Source: a bacterium (lineage in GTDB: Bacteria; JAHJDO01). Taken from it: a stretch of 64,000 nt of DNA. Location: contig JBDRTG010000027.1 of the NCBI GenBank assembly GCA_043824255.1, positions 32,001 to 96,000 of the forward strand. Direction: 5' to 3'. The position numbers and the translations under genes were made by a program. The notes under the pieces are model-generated. The model was not told the DNA's origin. It saw only the letters and a program-made list of their open reading frames with translations, and made no database searches. The number at the start of each line of letters is the position of its first letter. The stretch's first letter is position 1. Shown here one piece after another: positions 10,413 through 20,966 of the stretch.

Positions 10413-11058
10413 CCCTTATGAGCTTTACACATCCCTTCTTTCTCATTTTGGCTCGCAGCACTGGTGGCCTGCAAAGACTCCTTTTGAAGTAGTTGTCGGT
10501 GCAATTCTTACTCAACAGACAACATGGAAGAATGTAGAAAAAGCTATTGAGAATTTAAAGAGTAGCCATGTTCTGGATCCATGTAAAATATCTAATCTTT
10601 CTCTCAGAAAATTAGAGGTTTATGTAAAGCCAACAGGTTTCTACAGGCAGAAGGCCAGAAGACTAAAGGATATATGCACCTACATTTTTAAAGAATATAA
10701 TGGCAGCTTAAAGAGACTATTCAATAAAGAAACTTGTTCTTTAAGAGCTGAATTACTGTCACTTAAGGGCATTGGTCCGGAAACCGCTGATTCAATAATT
10801 CTTTATGCTGCAGAAAAACCTTCTTTTGTAATAGATGCTTATACAAAACGCATCCGTGAAAGGCTGCAGTTAACAGATGAGTTGGACTATGAATCATTAA
10901 AGAAATTTTTTGAAAGCAATATTCCAGAAGATGTAGAAGTTTATAAGGAGTTTCACGCTCTTCTGGTTGAGTTAGGCAAGAATTACTGCAAGACAAAACC
11001 AGTGTGCAAAAATTGTCCGTTGAGCAAAAAATGCAAAAGTTATACACAGGAGAAATAG
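10378..11058 (+). CDS. HhH-GPD endonuclease III-related DNA glycosylase with C-terminal 4Fe-4S motif
   Basis: WWP..PFEVVVGAILTQ, GFYRQKA, LKGIGPETADSIILYA, VIDAYT, C..KP.C..CPL...C. Exact start uncertain. Confidence 0.88.
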   Translation: MKEPNLRQPLLNPYELYTSLLSHFGSQHWWPAKTPFEVVVGAILTQQTTWKNVEKAIENLKSSHVLDPCKISNLSLRKLEVYVKPTGFYRQKARRLKDICTYIFKEYNGSLKRLFNKETCSLRAELLSLKGIGPETADSIILYAAEKPSFVIDAYTKRIRERLQLTDELDYESLKKFFESNIPEDVEVYKEFHALLVELGKNYCKTKPVCKNCPLSKKCKSYTQEK

Positions 11059-11059
11059 A

Positions 11060-11554
11060 GTGAAAACTATTTTGTTTGTATCACATTGTCTGTTAAATCC
11101 TGAAGTTAGAGCAGAGGGCATTTCTAAACCTGATGTGAGTACAGTAAAGGCTCTTGATGAATTAATGTCTGGACATGATGTTTTGTTGGAACAATTGCCA
11201 TGTCCTGAATTCTCTTTTCTTGGGAAGCGAGCTAAAATGCCAAAGGATGAGTATGAAAAGATAACAGGCTTTAGAGAACATTGCACAGGATTAGCCCAAA
11301 GTGTAGTAAAAACACTGGAAGATTTTAAGGGGATAGATCATAAAATAATAATTGGCATAGCACGTTCTCCTTCATGTTCGCTAAGTAAGGTCTATCGCGG
11401 AGAAAAACTTGTTAATGAAAACGGAATTTTTATTGAAGAAATAAAAAAAAGAACAGGGAATATCATAAAATTCCTTGAAATTGATTATAAAAATTTTGTA
11501 AGCTCGTTAAAAGGAATAAATAAGTATTTATATAGAATAAAACTTGAGGAGTAA
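11060..11554 (+). CDS. DUF523 / 2-thiouracil desulfurase (TudS)-related protein
   Basis: VSHCLLN, QLPCPE, GIARSPSC and G(I)FIEE motifs. Confidence 0.7.
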   Translation: MKTILFVSHCLLNPEVRAEGISKPDVSTVKALDELMSGHDVLLEQLPCPEFSFLGKRAKMPKDEYEKITGFREHCTGLAQSVVKTLEDFKGIDHKIIIGIARSPSCSLSKVYRGEKLVNENGIFIEEIKKRTGNIIKFLEIDYKNFVSSLKGINKYLYRIKLEE

Positions 11555-11559
11555 AGGAA

Positions 11560-14500
11560 ATGTTCCCACTATTGAAAACTGAAAAAGTCATTGAAAAAAA
11601 AGGCGGCAACGTTTATGTAGCGAGAAGAGAAAAAGGGAAAATCGTTAAGAAGTTTGATAAGGGAAAAATATGTATACAAATTTACGATAAATTTCCTTGG
11701 TTTTCTGATTCAGAAGTAAGTAAAAAAGGGAAAAAAGTCCAGAAAATCATAAATTTTAATGGCGAAATTTTAAAAACTTTAGAAAGAATAAATCCTAGGG
11801 CAAAAACACTTCTTTTCAATCTTGCTTTTTATTTTGAAAAACTTATTCTCTCAGGAGCAGGAGAAAATGAGGCTTTTGGAAAGCTTTCTGTATTTTATAG
11901 TTCCCTTTCTGACAAAGAAAAAGAAATTGTTATTAATGCGTTAGGGAATCCGGAAATTGATCCAGGTAATAGTTTTAAGGATTTTTTAGAAAAGTACTCT
12001 GCTTCGCCTGACAGTGAAAAGAAGAGATTGATTGCTTTATTAAAGGCAAGAACACTGATTGACATTCCCTATGATAGACAAATGGCATATGAAGTGGAAA
12101 AGAAATTCGAGGGGGATCTGCCTTCTCTTCGTTTACAAACCTTAAATGCTATTTCTAGCACCTATGATCCTTCTGTAGATATAAGAAATGCAGAAAGAGT
12201 TTTTAAATGGTGTCTCGAGAATAATAAGAGACTACTTGTATGCCGTTTTGGACGCGCTTTTTACACTGATGCATTGCTTATTGCCAATTCCAAGGGCATA
12301 AGAAGAGAGGAAGTGTTAGAAGAGATTTCTTATCTGGAGGAGAAATTTAGAGATCTTTGCTCTTTGGAAAAGGCGGAAGAAATCGGACCGGAATTGCAAA
12401 GAGTCCTGAATTTAGCAAATGAAGAATGGTTTTCATTGGCAGGTATCCAGGGGGCTCTGAAGGAGTTGAAAGGTAGCTTAAGAAACCTGGAAACAGGGTT
12501 AATCGAAAAATTTGATAAATCCCTGCAACTCGAAAAAATCAGAAAAGTTCGTTCTCAAATAGACACATTCAGAGCATGTGTTTATAAATTAGAGAAAAGA
12601 ATTTCTCAGACCCCTAAATTCGATCCTGCTTTTGTATCCTTTATTTCCCGTATTCATGAATTAGATGCAGTTAATATTGTAAGAGTAAATGAGTTGTTAG
12701 ATCCATTTTTCGGAGAGAATCCAAAAATGGAGAAACTAATTCTCGATACTGGTCATAACAATACCATTTCCCCTAATCCCGGGGCATGGCTTCCTTACGC
12801 TTCTGATTGGGTGGAAGCGTTACCAGCTTATGCGCATTACTTAATCGTTCCTCATAATGAAGGATATAAAGTAATCGCTCTTACGGAGAGGGAAATTCTG
12901 GAAATAATTTATAAGACCTGCGCTGATGATTGGGCAAAGAATATCAAAGATGTGATTGCAAGAGAGAATGTAAGTATTGCAAGAAGATTAATTGCAAAAA
13001 AATACGGATTTAAGAAAGAGAAAGAAGAAGACATTATTGAATTTATAAAAAATAAGAAGAAGGGGGAAGAAGTAGGGCAGGTTGCTTTTTTAATTGAAGA
13101 AAAAGCAGAAAGTGAATATGTAAAAATTGCCGCTTTGCAGGAAAAAGAAGGTTTAAGAGAGAAAGTGCTTCTTCAATTATTTGGTTCAATGAAATGGGGC
13201 AGTAAGGATTTAGAAAATAATTCGCGTACGCAGTTTTACGCTTCAATAGCTTTAGAGAAAAAGAGACATCTTCCAAATGTAAATGTTCTTACTACATTAG
13301 GACCTACAGAAACGGAAACAAATATTGCCAACTGGCTTGAGGAAGCAATGACTCTATATAACATTGAATGCGCATATAATTTAGGGGATAAGGTACAGAA
13401 AAAAATCAACTTTTTCCGAGAGAAAATCGGGGAAATTGCTTTAGCTGTCATTGAAGAAGAGCAAATGGAAGGGGAGCTTTTGAGGGTAATGGGAGAACAG
13501 GGGTTAAAAGGGGAAAAAGAAGATAAGACAAAGGTTGCACTTGTTCTAACTACCCTTTATCCTGAAATTTCCTATAAAACAAATAAAAAAATAGCCGAGA
13601 AATTCAATATAAAGGGAAACTTTTCTCACTGCTTGCGTGATTATGTAGGAGCGCTTTCCAGGTTTACTGCCAGAAGAGAGGTAATTAAAGAAGGCGGGCT
13701 TTCAAAGCTTCTGGACGATGGAAGATATCGTTATGCATCCTCTGGCGCCTACAAAAGATATAATCTGATTTATACGCCTAGCAGAGTAGACCTTGGACCG
13801 GAGATTATTGAATCTGTGCAAAATGTGCCTAAATGGGTAGGAGGAGACGGGCATATTGCAGCAAAAAGCGGGAAAGCCCTGTATTCTCTTTTTAATTTAG
13901 CAGGAGTTACTGCGGTTAATCGTCCGCAAATTGCAGAATTTCTAAAAGTAGGAGAAAATTTCTTTACTCGAGGGGGAGTTTATTATCTTTCTTTAACAGC
14001 CGGTGCGAATTTAAACACCCTCGGTGTGGGAGATTTTGAATTCTTCCGCCAGGAGTGGAACAAGAGAGGAGATAGAACTGTTCTTCCTACAGGAGAAACA
14101 TATGGCGGTTTTTGTGTGCCTAAAGAGTTTTCTCTGCTTTTTGCAATTGTTACCCGCGCTCTGAGTCCAGAAACAACAAAAGAAATTTTTGATAACTTTG
14201 GAATACCAGAGGATGAGGGACTAAGAAAACAACTTGTTCGGGATTTGCTAAGTGTTTTAAAGATGCGTCGCCAGATTCCTGAACAATTAAGATGGGAAGA
14301 GCAAGCAATAAAGTTTCTAGAAAGCCGTTATTCTCAATATATACCCCGGCTTCCTCAACTCGCTTTAACTCTGAATAAGGCAGGTACTCTTTATGAGGAC
14401 AAAGAAGTACACAATAGTTATCTTATTGCTAACTGGAAGAATAAAAAGGCACTGGGAAATGAGGAAATAAACAGGAGCGGGGTATTTGATAAGGTTCGGC

Positions 14501-17500
14501 TGATTAATCTACTTATAAATGAGGCAAAAAAGAAAGATCCTGAAATCTCTATGGAAAATTTAGCAGGAGTAATGCCGGCAGGCTATAAAGAAGATGTTAC
14601 TGACGTAAGATTCTCTGCTGGAGCAAGAAAACTGGAAATATATGCAGGTCTGTTCATGCATCTTTTAGAAGACATTGATCCAGAGGGAAGAGAGATTTAT
14701 AAAAATGTAATGTTAAAATATCCTTCACCTTTGGATATCCGTTTGGTGGGTGTTTGTACCGCAAAAGATATGTTTGGTCATGTACCAATGAATTTTTCTT
14801 CTTACGCAAGAGAGGTTAAAGAGATTCTTTTGAAAGAGGGATACAATGAAAAATGGATTGCTGAGAACGTAGAAAATTTTGGAATAGACTTAGATAGGTG
14901 GGAATGGGGAAATAAAAATAAAAAAGAAAAAATAAAACCTCAAATTGAAGATAAGATTCTTTTTCTGGTTTATGGAGATAATCTTGCGCAGATATCTGAT
15001 GGAATAAAAAAGAGAATTTTAAAGTATGGATTAACGGAAGAAACAGTTAACGCAAATGCGTATAGTTTTGGCGGAGACATCAGGAGTTGGAAGGGGCTTA
15101 AAGAAAAAGACAAGGAAAGATTAATAAGAGAAATAGGCTCTGCAAAACATGTTTTCATAACAGAAGCAAGAGGAATTTATTCAAAGGAAAGGTATGAGGC
15201 AGCAATTGGAGGAAGTGACTTTATTGACCTTGGAATTCCGGACAAAGAGTTATTAGATTTAATAGATAATCTCCCTAAACTTATTTATTTAATGGAAAAA
15301 GGGGATAAAAAATCTTTGATTTTTGCCGATGGAACTTCAGGAGCCAGAAGACCAAGTTTTTCTTTCCGTTATCCAGGAGCAACCGAAAAAGTCAAAGAAC
15401 TTTTTGCCTTATCGGAAAATGCGTTATATGGTTGTCTGGGAATTGGAAGAGAAACAATCCATGAGTGGAAGAAAGAAATGCTCGAGGAGAAAGAAGATGC
15501 GCGTCTCCTACTATCGGCAGTTTCAGAAAAAAGATTAAAAGAAGCAGAACTAATTTACGAAAAAATCGTTCAGAAACTGAAAGACAGGGATAAGGACGAA
15601 GAATTTATCAGACAGGAAATTAATGCAAGAGAATTTGGTGTATGGAGAAAATATTATCGTTACGCTTCAAGTAAAATAAGTGCAATTATTAAGGGAATTC
15701 CTCTGAAAAAATTAGATTTCGGCTCATTTTTAATTATAGGAGGAAGATGGCTCTTAAATGGGAAAGTGAGTATAGAGGAACTTGAAGAGATAAGAGAAAA
15801 CTATGAGTTTTCATTAGTTCAGGAAGGCAAGAAAGAAGAAATAGGCGAAATTATAGCTCACTGTTTTAAAGAAAAGCACATTCCTGAAGAAGAAGAATTC
15901 AAAGAGGTCTCAACAGGGGTAAGCGGGTCGTTAAAGGCAGTAGAAGAGCTTGTTTTGAAGTTAGAAACAAAGGAAATAAGAAGGCAACAATTAGAGTTGG
16001 CATTGAGATTGAACGAAAGAAGAAATGCTTTCCATGAAGAAATTAAGAAACCTGCAGAAAATTTTGACGTCAATTATAGGAAGGCGTTAGAACAAATTGG
16101 TTTTGGAAGATTTTCAGAAGAGAAGTTTGGCAGATTTCTTGCATTAGGGAAAAAAATATGGATGAAAATCGTTGATGACTTTCTTAAAGAAGATTCATTT
16201 AAAAATGAATTTGTGCAGGAATTAAATAGCACCTTTAGGGGAGGGAATATTCTTGATACGGAATATGATTCTTTGGAGAGAAAAGGAACAAAGATTTTCG
16301 AAAACATAAAAAATTCTAAACAGAACATCACGAGGATTGCAGAAGCATTGGAGTTATTAGATATATCTCTTCTGATAGAAAAAACAATGTATGTAAATGA
16401 TTCCTTGGAAATGTGGAAAGCAATTGCCAGGTTTTTTGATGCCACTATCAACAATCATATTTTTGATTATGTTCCTTATCACTACTCTGCAGAAAGAACA
16501 TCTGCCTTCAAGAACTGGTCAAGGGAAGAAATATTTTCTTTTGCTATTGGAAGACATAAATTTCTGCATCAACTAGTTCTTTATCTGTTGAGGGAGAGAA
16601 CAAGTCTGAAGGATAAATCTGAAGCCTATAAAAATTCACTTCTTGGAAAATTTGATAAAAATGGAAATCTGATTGATTCTCCAATTGGAGTAAATTTAAA
16701 AAATGGACTGGAGAAAAAATGGTTTTCTTATGCAAGATTAAGAGATCTTACCACTTTAGTTTTTGATGGATATCCTTTGCCTGAGATAGAAGAGAATTTA
16801 AAGCTCAAAGATGGAGTAAATGTAGGCATAGTTTATCCTTTAGGAAACACGACTGTAAGCGTTGCCCTTGAGCAGGCTCCCAGACTTTCTTCAAAGAATA
16901 TAAACCTTTTCCTTGTTCCTTTCCCTGAGATTGTTGAGAAAAAAGGAACAAAATTCCTGGTTGCTAAGGAAATATTTTTTAGAGATGAAAAAGGAACGTG
17001 GATACTTGGAAGATTAAATAAAGAATTAATCATTCACGCTGTTTGGTTTCACTTTACTCATTTCTTAAGACCTGAAATTGAGAAAATAGGCATGCCGTTA
17101 ATTCAGCCGCTCTTATGGGAGGCAGCAACCTATCTAAAATGCGATTTACCCGGGATGGTTAAGGGAAGCGGTATATCCTGTCCTGACCAATATAACTGGT
17201 ACAGCAGCCAAACAGAAAAATTTTCCATGAAACAAGTTCAGGAGAAAATCGAAAAAGCCATAAAAAACATGGCAAAGAAACATAAGGTTTTAATTGTTAA
17301 GGCAGAAAAAGAGTCAGGTGGAAGAGGATCGAAAATATTGCCGGTAAGAAATAAAGAAGGAGGCTTAAATTTAGAAAATATTAAAAAATTAGCAGATCTT
17401 ACATATGACCTTTCCAAAACAGACAATGTGGTGATCCAGGAAGTAATACCTTCCAAAGTAAGAAAAATTTATTCACAGGATTCTCTTGAGAAAATAAAAG

Positions 17501-18294
17501 AGAGATTTATTACTGAATTGGGCATAGGAATTCAAGATGATACTCCTCTATTTTCGTATTTTCGTCTAATTGTAATGAAAAAACCTTCTGGCGAATACGC
17601 AATTACTCATCGCATTACTGTAGTAAGCACAGCAGGAATTGCTAATGTTGGACAAGGGGGAAGGCTCTTTGAATATCGTAACGAGAAAATAAATGAAAAA
17701 TACAGTAAGGATTTGGAGGAGGAGTTGGAGTTTGCTGCTCTTTCTTCTTTGAAATCACAGGAGGGGTTCATTAAAAAAAATCGCAGGAGAATCCTTGGGA
17801 GCTATCTGAAAGCCCACAGGGAATTTAGCTTTGAGAAGGAAGCTTTAGGGCCGCATTCCAATGCGTTAGGAGTCCCTGACTGGGAAATTCTTTATGAGAT
17901 GGGAGATTATTTACCTGTTTTTCTAGTGGATGATCACGATAATTTGCAAAGGATCTATCATCCTGAGAAAGAAGAATTTATTTCCCTCTATGAAAATGGC
18001 AAGCTGAATTCTAAAATAAAAGTTTATAACGAAAAAGGAATAAAAATACAGCAATTTCCAATTAAGCTTTTTGAGGGAGGGATAAAAAGAAAGCTTTTCT
18101 GGCAGCTTGAAAAAGGCAAAAAATACTCCGTAAAATCTCTGACGATAGTAAAGATTGAACCTAACCCGGGTGCAGGTTTGTGGAGGCCGCATAACGACCG
18201 CTTGAAGCTCGTGGGAAGGGATGGAGAAGGAGTATGTCAGGTTTTTGAGATTCTGGGAGAATGGGGAAAAAAATACAAGAAAAAGATTATGTAA
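11560..18294 (+). CDS. Giant 2244-aa multidomain protein: divergent UDP-glucose/GDP-mannose dehydrogenase-like core plus C-terminal ATP-grasp domain
   Basis: Ordered motifs TTLGP, YTPSRVDLG, PKWVGG, AEFLKVGENF, GETYGGFCVPKE, GYKEDVTDVRFS; C-terminal IVKAEKESGGRG, VVIQEVIP, IEPNPG. Confidence 0.65.
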   Translation: MFPLLKTEKVIEKKGGNVYVARREKGKIVKKFDKGKICIQIYDKFPWFSDSEVSKKGKKVQKIINFNGEILKTLERINPRAKTLLFNLAFYFEKLILSGAGENEAFGKLSVFYSSLSDKEKEIVINALGNPEIDPGNSFKDFLEKYSASPDSEKKRLIALLKARTLIDIPYDRQMAYEVEKKFEGDLPSLRLQTLNAISSTYDPSVDIRNAERVFKWCLENNKRLLVCRFGRAFYTDALLIANSKGIRREEVLEEISYLEEKFRDLCSLEKAEEIGPELQRVLNLANEEWFSLAGIQGALKELKGSLRNLETGLIEKFDKSLQLEKIRKVRSQIDTFRACVYKLEKRISQTPKFDPAFVSFISRIHELDAVNIVRVNELLDPFFGENPKMEKLILDTGHNNTISPNPGAWLPYASDWVEALPAYAHYLIVPHNEGYKVIALTEREILEIIYKTCADDWAKNIKDVIARENVSIARRLIAKKYGFKKEKEEDIIEFIKNKKKGEEVGQVAFLIEEKAESEYVKIAALQEKEGLREKVLLQLFGSMKWGSKDLENNSRTQFYASIALEKKRHLPNVNVLTTLGPTETETNIANWLEEAMTLYNIECAYNLGDKVQKKINFFREKIGEIALAVIEEEQMEGELLRVMGEQGLKGEKEDKTKVALVLTTLYPEISYKTNKKIAEKFNIKGNFSHCLRDYVGALSRFTARREVIKEGGLSKLLDDGRYRYASSGAYKRYNLIYTPSRVDLGPEIIESVQNVPKWVGGDGHIAAKSGKALYSLFNLAGVTAVNRPQIAEFLKVGENFFTRGGVYYLSLTAGANLNTLGVGDFEFFRQEWNKRGDRTVLPTGETYGGFCVPKEFSLLFAIVTRALSPETTKEIFDNFGIPEDEGLRKQLVRDLLSVLKMRRQIPEQLRWEEQAIKFLESRYSQYIPRLPQLALTLNKAGTLYEDKEVHNSYLIANWKNKKALGNEEINRSGVFDKVRLINLLINEAKKKDPEISMENLAGVMPAGYKEDVTDVRFSAGARKLEIYAGLFMHLLEDIDPEGREIYKNVMLKYPSPLDIRLVGVCTAKDMFGHVPMNFSSYAREVKEILLKEGYNEKWIAENVENFGIDLDRWEWGNKNKKEKIKPQIEDKILFLVYGDNLAQISDGIKKRILKYGLTEETVNANAYSFGGDIRSWKGLKEKDKERLIREIGSAKHVFITEARGIYSKERYEAAIGGSDFIDLGIPDKELLDLIDNLPKLIYLMEKGDKKSLIFADGTSGARRPSFSFRYPGATEKVKELFALSENALYGCLGIGRETIHEWKKEMLEEKEDARLLLSAVSEKRLKEAELIYEKIVQKLKDRDKDEEFIRQEINAREFGVWRKYYRYASSKISAIIKGIPLKKLDFGSFLIIGGRWLLNGKVSIEELEEIRENYEFSLVQEGKKEEIGEIIAHCFKEKHIPEEEEFKEVSTGVSGSLKAVEELVLKLETKEIRRQQLELALRLNERRNAFHEEIKKPAENFDVNYRKALEQIGFGRFSEEKFGRFLALGKKIWMKIVDDFLKEDSFKNEFVQELNSTFRGGNILDTEYDSLERKGTKIFENIKNSKQNITRIAEALELLDISLLIEKTMYVNDSLEMWKAIARFFDATINNHIFDYVPYHYSAERTSAFKNWSREEIFSFAIGRHKFLHQLVLYLLRERTSLKDKSEAYKNSLLGKFDKNGNLIDSPIGVNLKNGLEKKWFSYARLRDLTTLVFDGYPLPEIEENLKLKDGVNVGIVYPLGNTTVSVALEQAPRLSSKNINLFLVPFPEIVEKKGTKFLVAKEIFFRDEKGTWILGRLNKELIIHAVWFHFTHFLRPEIEKIGMPLIQPLLWEAATYLKCDLPGMVKGSGISCPDQYNWYSSQTEKFSMKQVQEKIEKAIKNMAKKHKVLIVKAEKESGGRGSKILPVRNKEGGLNLENIKKLADLTYDLSKTDNVVIQEVIPSKVRKIYSQDSLEKIKERFITELGIGIQDDTPLFSYFRLIVMKKPSGEYAITHRITVVSTAGIANVGQGGRLFEYRNEKINEKYSKDLEEELEFAALSSLKSQEGFIKKNRRRILGSYLKAHREFSFEKEALGPHSNALGVPDWEILYEMGDYLPVFLVDDHDNLQRIYHPEKEEFISLYENGKLNSKIKVYNEKGIKIQQFPIKLFEGGIKRKLFWQLEKGKKYSVKSLTIVKIEPNPGAGLWRPHNDRLKLVGRDGEGVCQVFEILGEWGKKYKKKIM

Positions 18295-19334
18295 TTGTCT
18301 TTAATGCCTCTCAAGACACTTTTGAAGATATGCTGTTCTATTTTCACTGTGACCTGCAGGAATTTCTGCTAGAAAATCAGGACCTGTCTTCAATTCTGGG
18401 AGACGTTATTGGAGTGCATGCAGATTTTCTGGGAAAAGATTTGTCCTTTAACCGGTACTTTGCCATTAGAGATGAGAAAATCTCCCTTTTCTCTTCGAAA
18501 AGTTCAGCTTTGCCAGGAATTGTCCATTTTCTGCATTTTGACGCAAAAAACGAGATAAAGACCCATAGGCAACTTTCTTCCAGATTCAACACTTCAGCAA
18601 TCAAAATGGTTAATCCCTATAACAAAGGCACCTCTAATTGCGACAGTAAATTCAGGATGTTTGAAATTTTGAAGAGCAAAAGAATACCTACTCCCGAAGC
18701 AAAACTAATTTCGAGATTTAATAAGGGGAAGATTAATTCTTTTAAAAAAATTCTAAGCGGATTTTCTTCAGGAGAACTCTATCTCCAGCCTGATAGAGGC
18801 ACAGAAGGCAAAGATTGCCTGTTCTTTAAGAAAAGTAAATGTGCAAAGTACACCCAGAGTACCGAAGTAGTTCGATTTTTAAACTCTATAAATGAAGATA
18901 TAATTATTAGAAAAAAAGTGGGCAACTTATCTTACAAAGGAGAAGATTTTGTTTTAAGGATAAATGTCTCTTTTGACGGAGAAAGCTTTCATGCGAATTC
19001 AGGTTATGCAATGGTTGGAGAAGAAGTGGTAAGTGCGGAAAAAGGAGCTAGGAGGGAAAATATTAACAAAGTTCTAGATTTCTTAAAACTCAGAGATAAA
19101 GATATTGAGAGAATAAAAGAGACTTCATGCGATGCTGTAGAAGAAGTATTTAAAGACAGAGAGCCTCCTTTAATTGTAGGTGTTGATGTAGTTTTAGAGC
19201 AACATAGAGGATTAATTCCTTATGTTATTGATTTAAACCCTCGTCCGGTAGTAGTCGGTTCAAGAATAATCGGAAAAAACAAAATAAATCTTGGAGAAAA
19301 TTTTTGGAAAGGGGTGTTTATCAGGTGTATATAG
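18261..19334 (+). CDS. ATP-grasp fold protein
   Basis: CDSKFRMFEIL...IPTP, QPDRGTEG, GVDVVL, VIDLNPRP; start overlaps the end of the giant gene. Confidence 0.7.
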   Translation: MGKKIQEKDYVIVFNASQDTFEDMLFYFHCDLQEFLLENQDLSSILGDVIGVHADFLGKDLSFNRYFAIRDEKISLFSSKSSALPGIVHFLHFDAKNEIKTHRQLSSRFNTSAIKMVNPYNKGTSNCDSKFRMFEILKSKRIPTPEAKLISRFNKGKINSFKKILSGFSSGELYLQPDRGTEGKDCLFFKKSKCAKYTQSTEVVRFLNSINEDIIIRKKVGNLSYKGEDFVLRINVSFDGESFHANSGYAMVGEEVVSAEKGARRENINKVLDFLKLRDKDIERIKETSCDAVEEVFKDREPPLIVGVDVVLEQHRGLIPYVIDLNPRPVVVGSRIIGKNKINLGENFWKGVFIRCI

Positions 19335-19388
19335 ATTTAGCTTTGATTTTATGGTATTTTGACTTTTGTAACCTAACTGGAGATAAAC

Positions 19389-20966
19389 ATGGATAAGACA
19401 AAAACGCTTTCTGAATGGACTTCCTTTTTTAACTCTTCAGCTTGTAAAGAGAGATTAATATCAGTTTATGGCAATTACTCTGAGTTACTTGAAGAACGAA
19501 TCCAGTCCTATCGCCAACTTCTGAAGACTTTTGAGGCAGCGTTTGGTTCAAAAAAGCCCATTTTCATTGTCCGGATACCTGCCCGGATTAATTTAATGGG
19601 AGTGCATATTGAACACCGGGGAGGATATGTTAATTACATGACGATTGCAAAAGAGACCTTAATGGCGGTTTCTCCTCGAGAAGATGATGAAGTCCATTTT
19701 GTGAATGCAGATCTTAAATTCAGGTCATTTTCATTTGCAATAAGTACTGCTTTTCCAAAATCTGAGCGTGGCGATTGGCTTAAGTATATCAATTCAGTAC
19801 AGGTTGAACGTGGGAAATGGGATAATTACATAAAAGCGTCCTGCTTTTATCTTCAAAATTTAGATAAAAAATTGCTCAAAGGTATGGACGTAGCAGTAAC
19901 AGGTAATGTTCCTATGGCTGCTGGGTTAAGCTCATCCTCCACATTAGTAGTTGGTACAACCGAGGCACTCAATTATATTAATCAGTTAAATTTATCTAAA
20001 GATGTAAAAACCACAATGAATGGCGAAGCAGAATGGTATGTTGGTACGCGTGGAGGAGCAGGAGACCATGCCGCGATGATCTATGGAAAACAAAATTTTA
20101 TAACACATCTTCAATTTTTCCCTATCCGAGTGGAGATGATCCCGCTTCCGTCAGAAATAACTGTGGTGGCATGTAATTCAATGATTTCAGCTGAGAAATC
20201 GGCGGGTGCTAAAGACATTTTTAATGAACGTGTTGCCACGTATGAGGTTGCTTTTATGTTGCTTTCTCGAAACTATCCGCATTTCAAAAATGTCCATCAT
20301 CTAAGGGACTGGAATACGAAAAATTTGAATATTGATTTGGCAGAGTTGTATAAGATACTCAAATCATTACCAATCAGTTTGACACGAGAGCAAATCATGG
20401 AGCAATTGCCCGAGCATCGGAGAAAATTAAATACACTTTTTTCAACCCACCGAGAACCCAAAAATGGATATCAAATCAGGGCGGTTTGTCTTTTTGGCCT
20501 GAGTGAATGTGCACGTAGCGACATAGTTACCCAACTCATGCATGCTGGAGATGTTGCTGAGTTTGGAAGACTTATGTATGTCTCCCATGACGGCGACCGG
20601 GTTACTATTCACGATGAGAATTTAAAAACACATCCATTTCAAAAAGATTTTAGCAATAAGTATTTTGATCAACTCATTGTTGGTGCAAAAAAAGGATTAA
20701 GAACTGCAGAACTCGTTTGTCAATCAGGAGGTTATAATTGCAGTACTGAAGAAATGGATTTATTAGCAGATATTGCTCGAAGTCAAGAAGGGGTATACGG
20801 TGCAAGCCTGACCGGAGGCGGATTAGGAGGCATTGTATTAGTTCTTGTAAAAAAGAGCTGTGTCGCAAACCTGTTAGAAAGTTTGGAACAAAAGTATTAC
20901 CGGCCTAAAGGTTTACCTTTAGGAGCAGAAGAGTGTATTTCTGTTGAAGGAGTTTCAACGTTATAA
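19389..20966 (+). CDS. Galactokinase-family (GHMP) sugar kinase
   Basis: PARINLMG, VPMAAGLSSSS (ATP loop), GGAGDH, GASLTGGGLGG; the sugar-binding motif deviates from GalK. Confidence 0.8.
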   Translation: MDKTKTLSEWTSFFNSSACKERLISVYGNYSELLEERIQSYRQLLKTFEAAFGSKKPIFIVRIPARINLMGVHIEHRGGYVNYMTIAKETLMAVSPREDDEVHFVNADLKFRSFSFAISTAFPKSERGDWLKYINSVQVERGKWDNYIKASCFYLQNLDKKLLKGMDVAVTGNVPMAAGLSSSSTLVVGTTEALNYINQLNLSKDVKTTMNGEAEWYVGTRGGAGDHAAMIYGKQNFITHLQFFPIRVEMIPLPSEITVVACNSMISAEKSAGAKDIFNERVATYEVAFMLLSRNYPHFKNVHHLRDWNTKNLNIDLAELYKILKSLPISLTREQIMEQLPEHRRKLNTLFSTHREPKNGYQIRAVCLFGLSECARSDIVTQLMHAGDVAEFGRLMYVSHDGDRVTIHDENLKTHPFQKDFSNKYFDQLIVGAKKGLRTAELVCQSGGYNCSTEEMDLLADIARSQEGVYGASLTGGGLGGIVLVLVKKSCVANLLESLEQKYYRPKGLPLGAEECISVEGVSTL

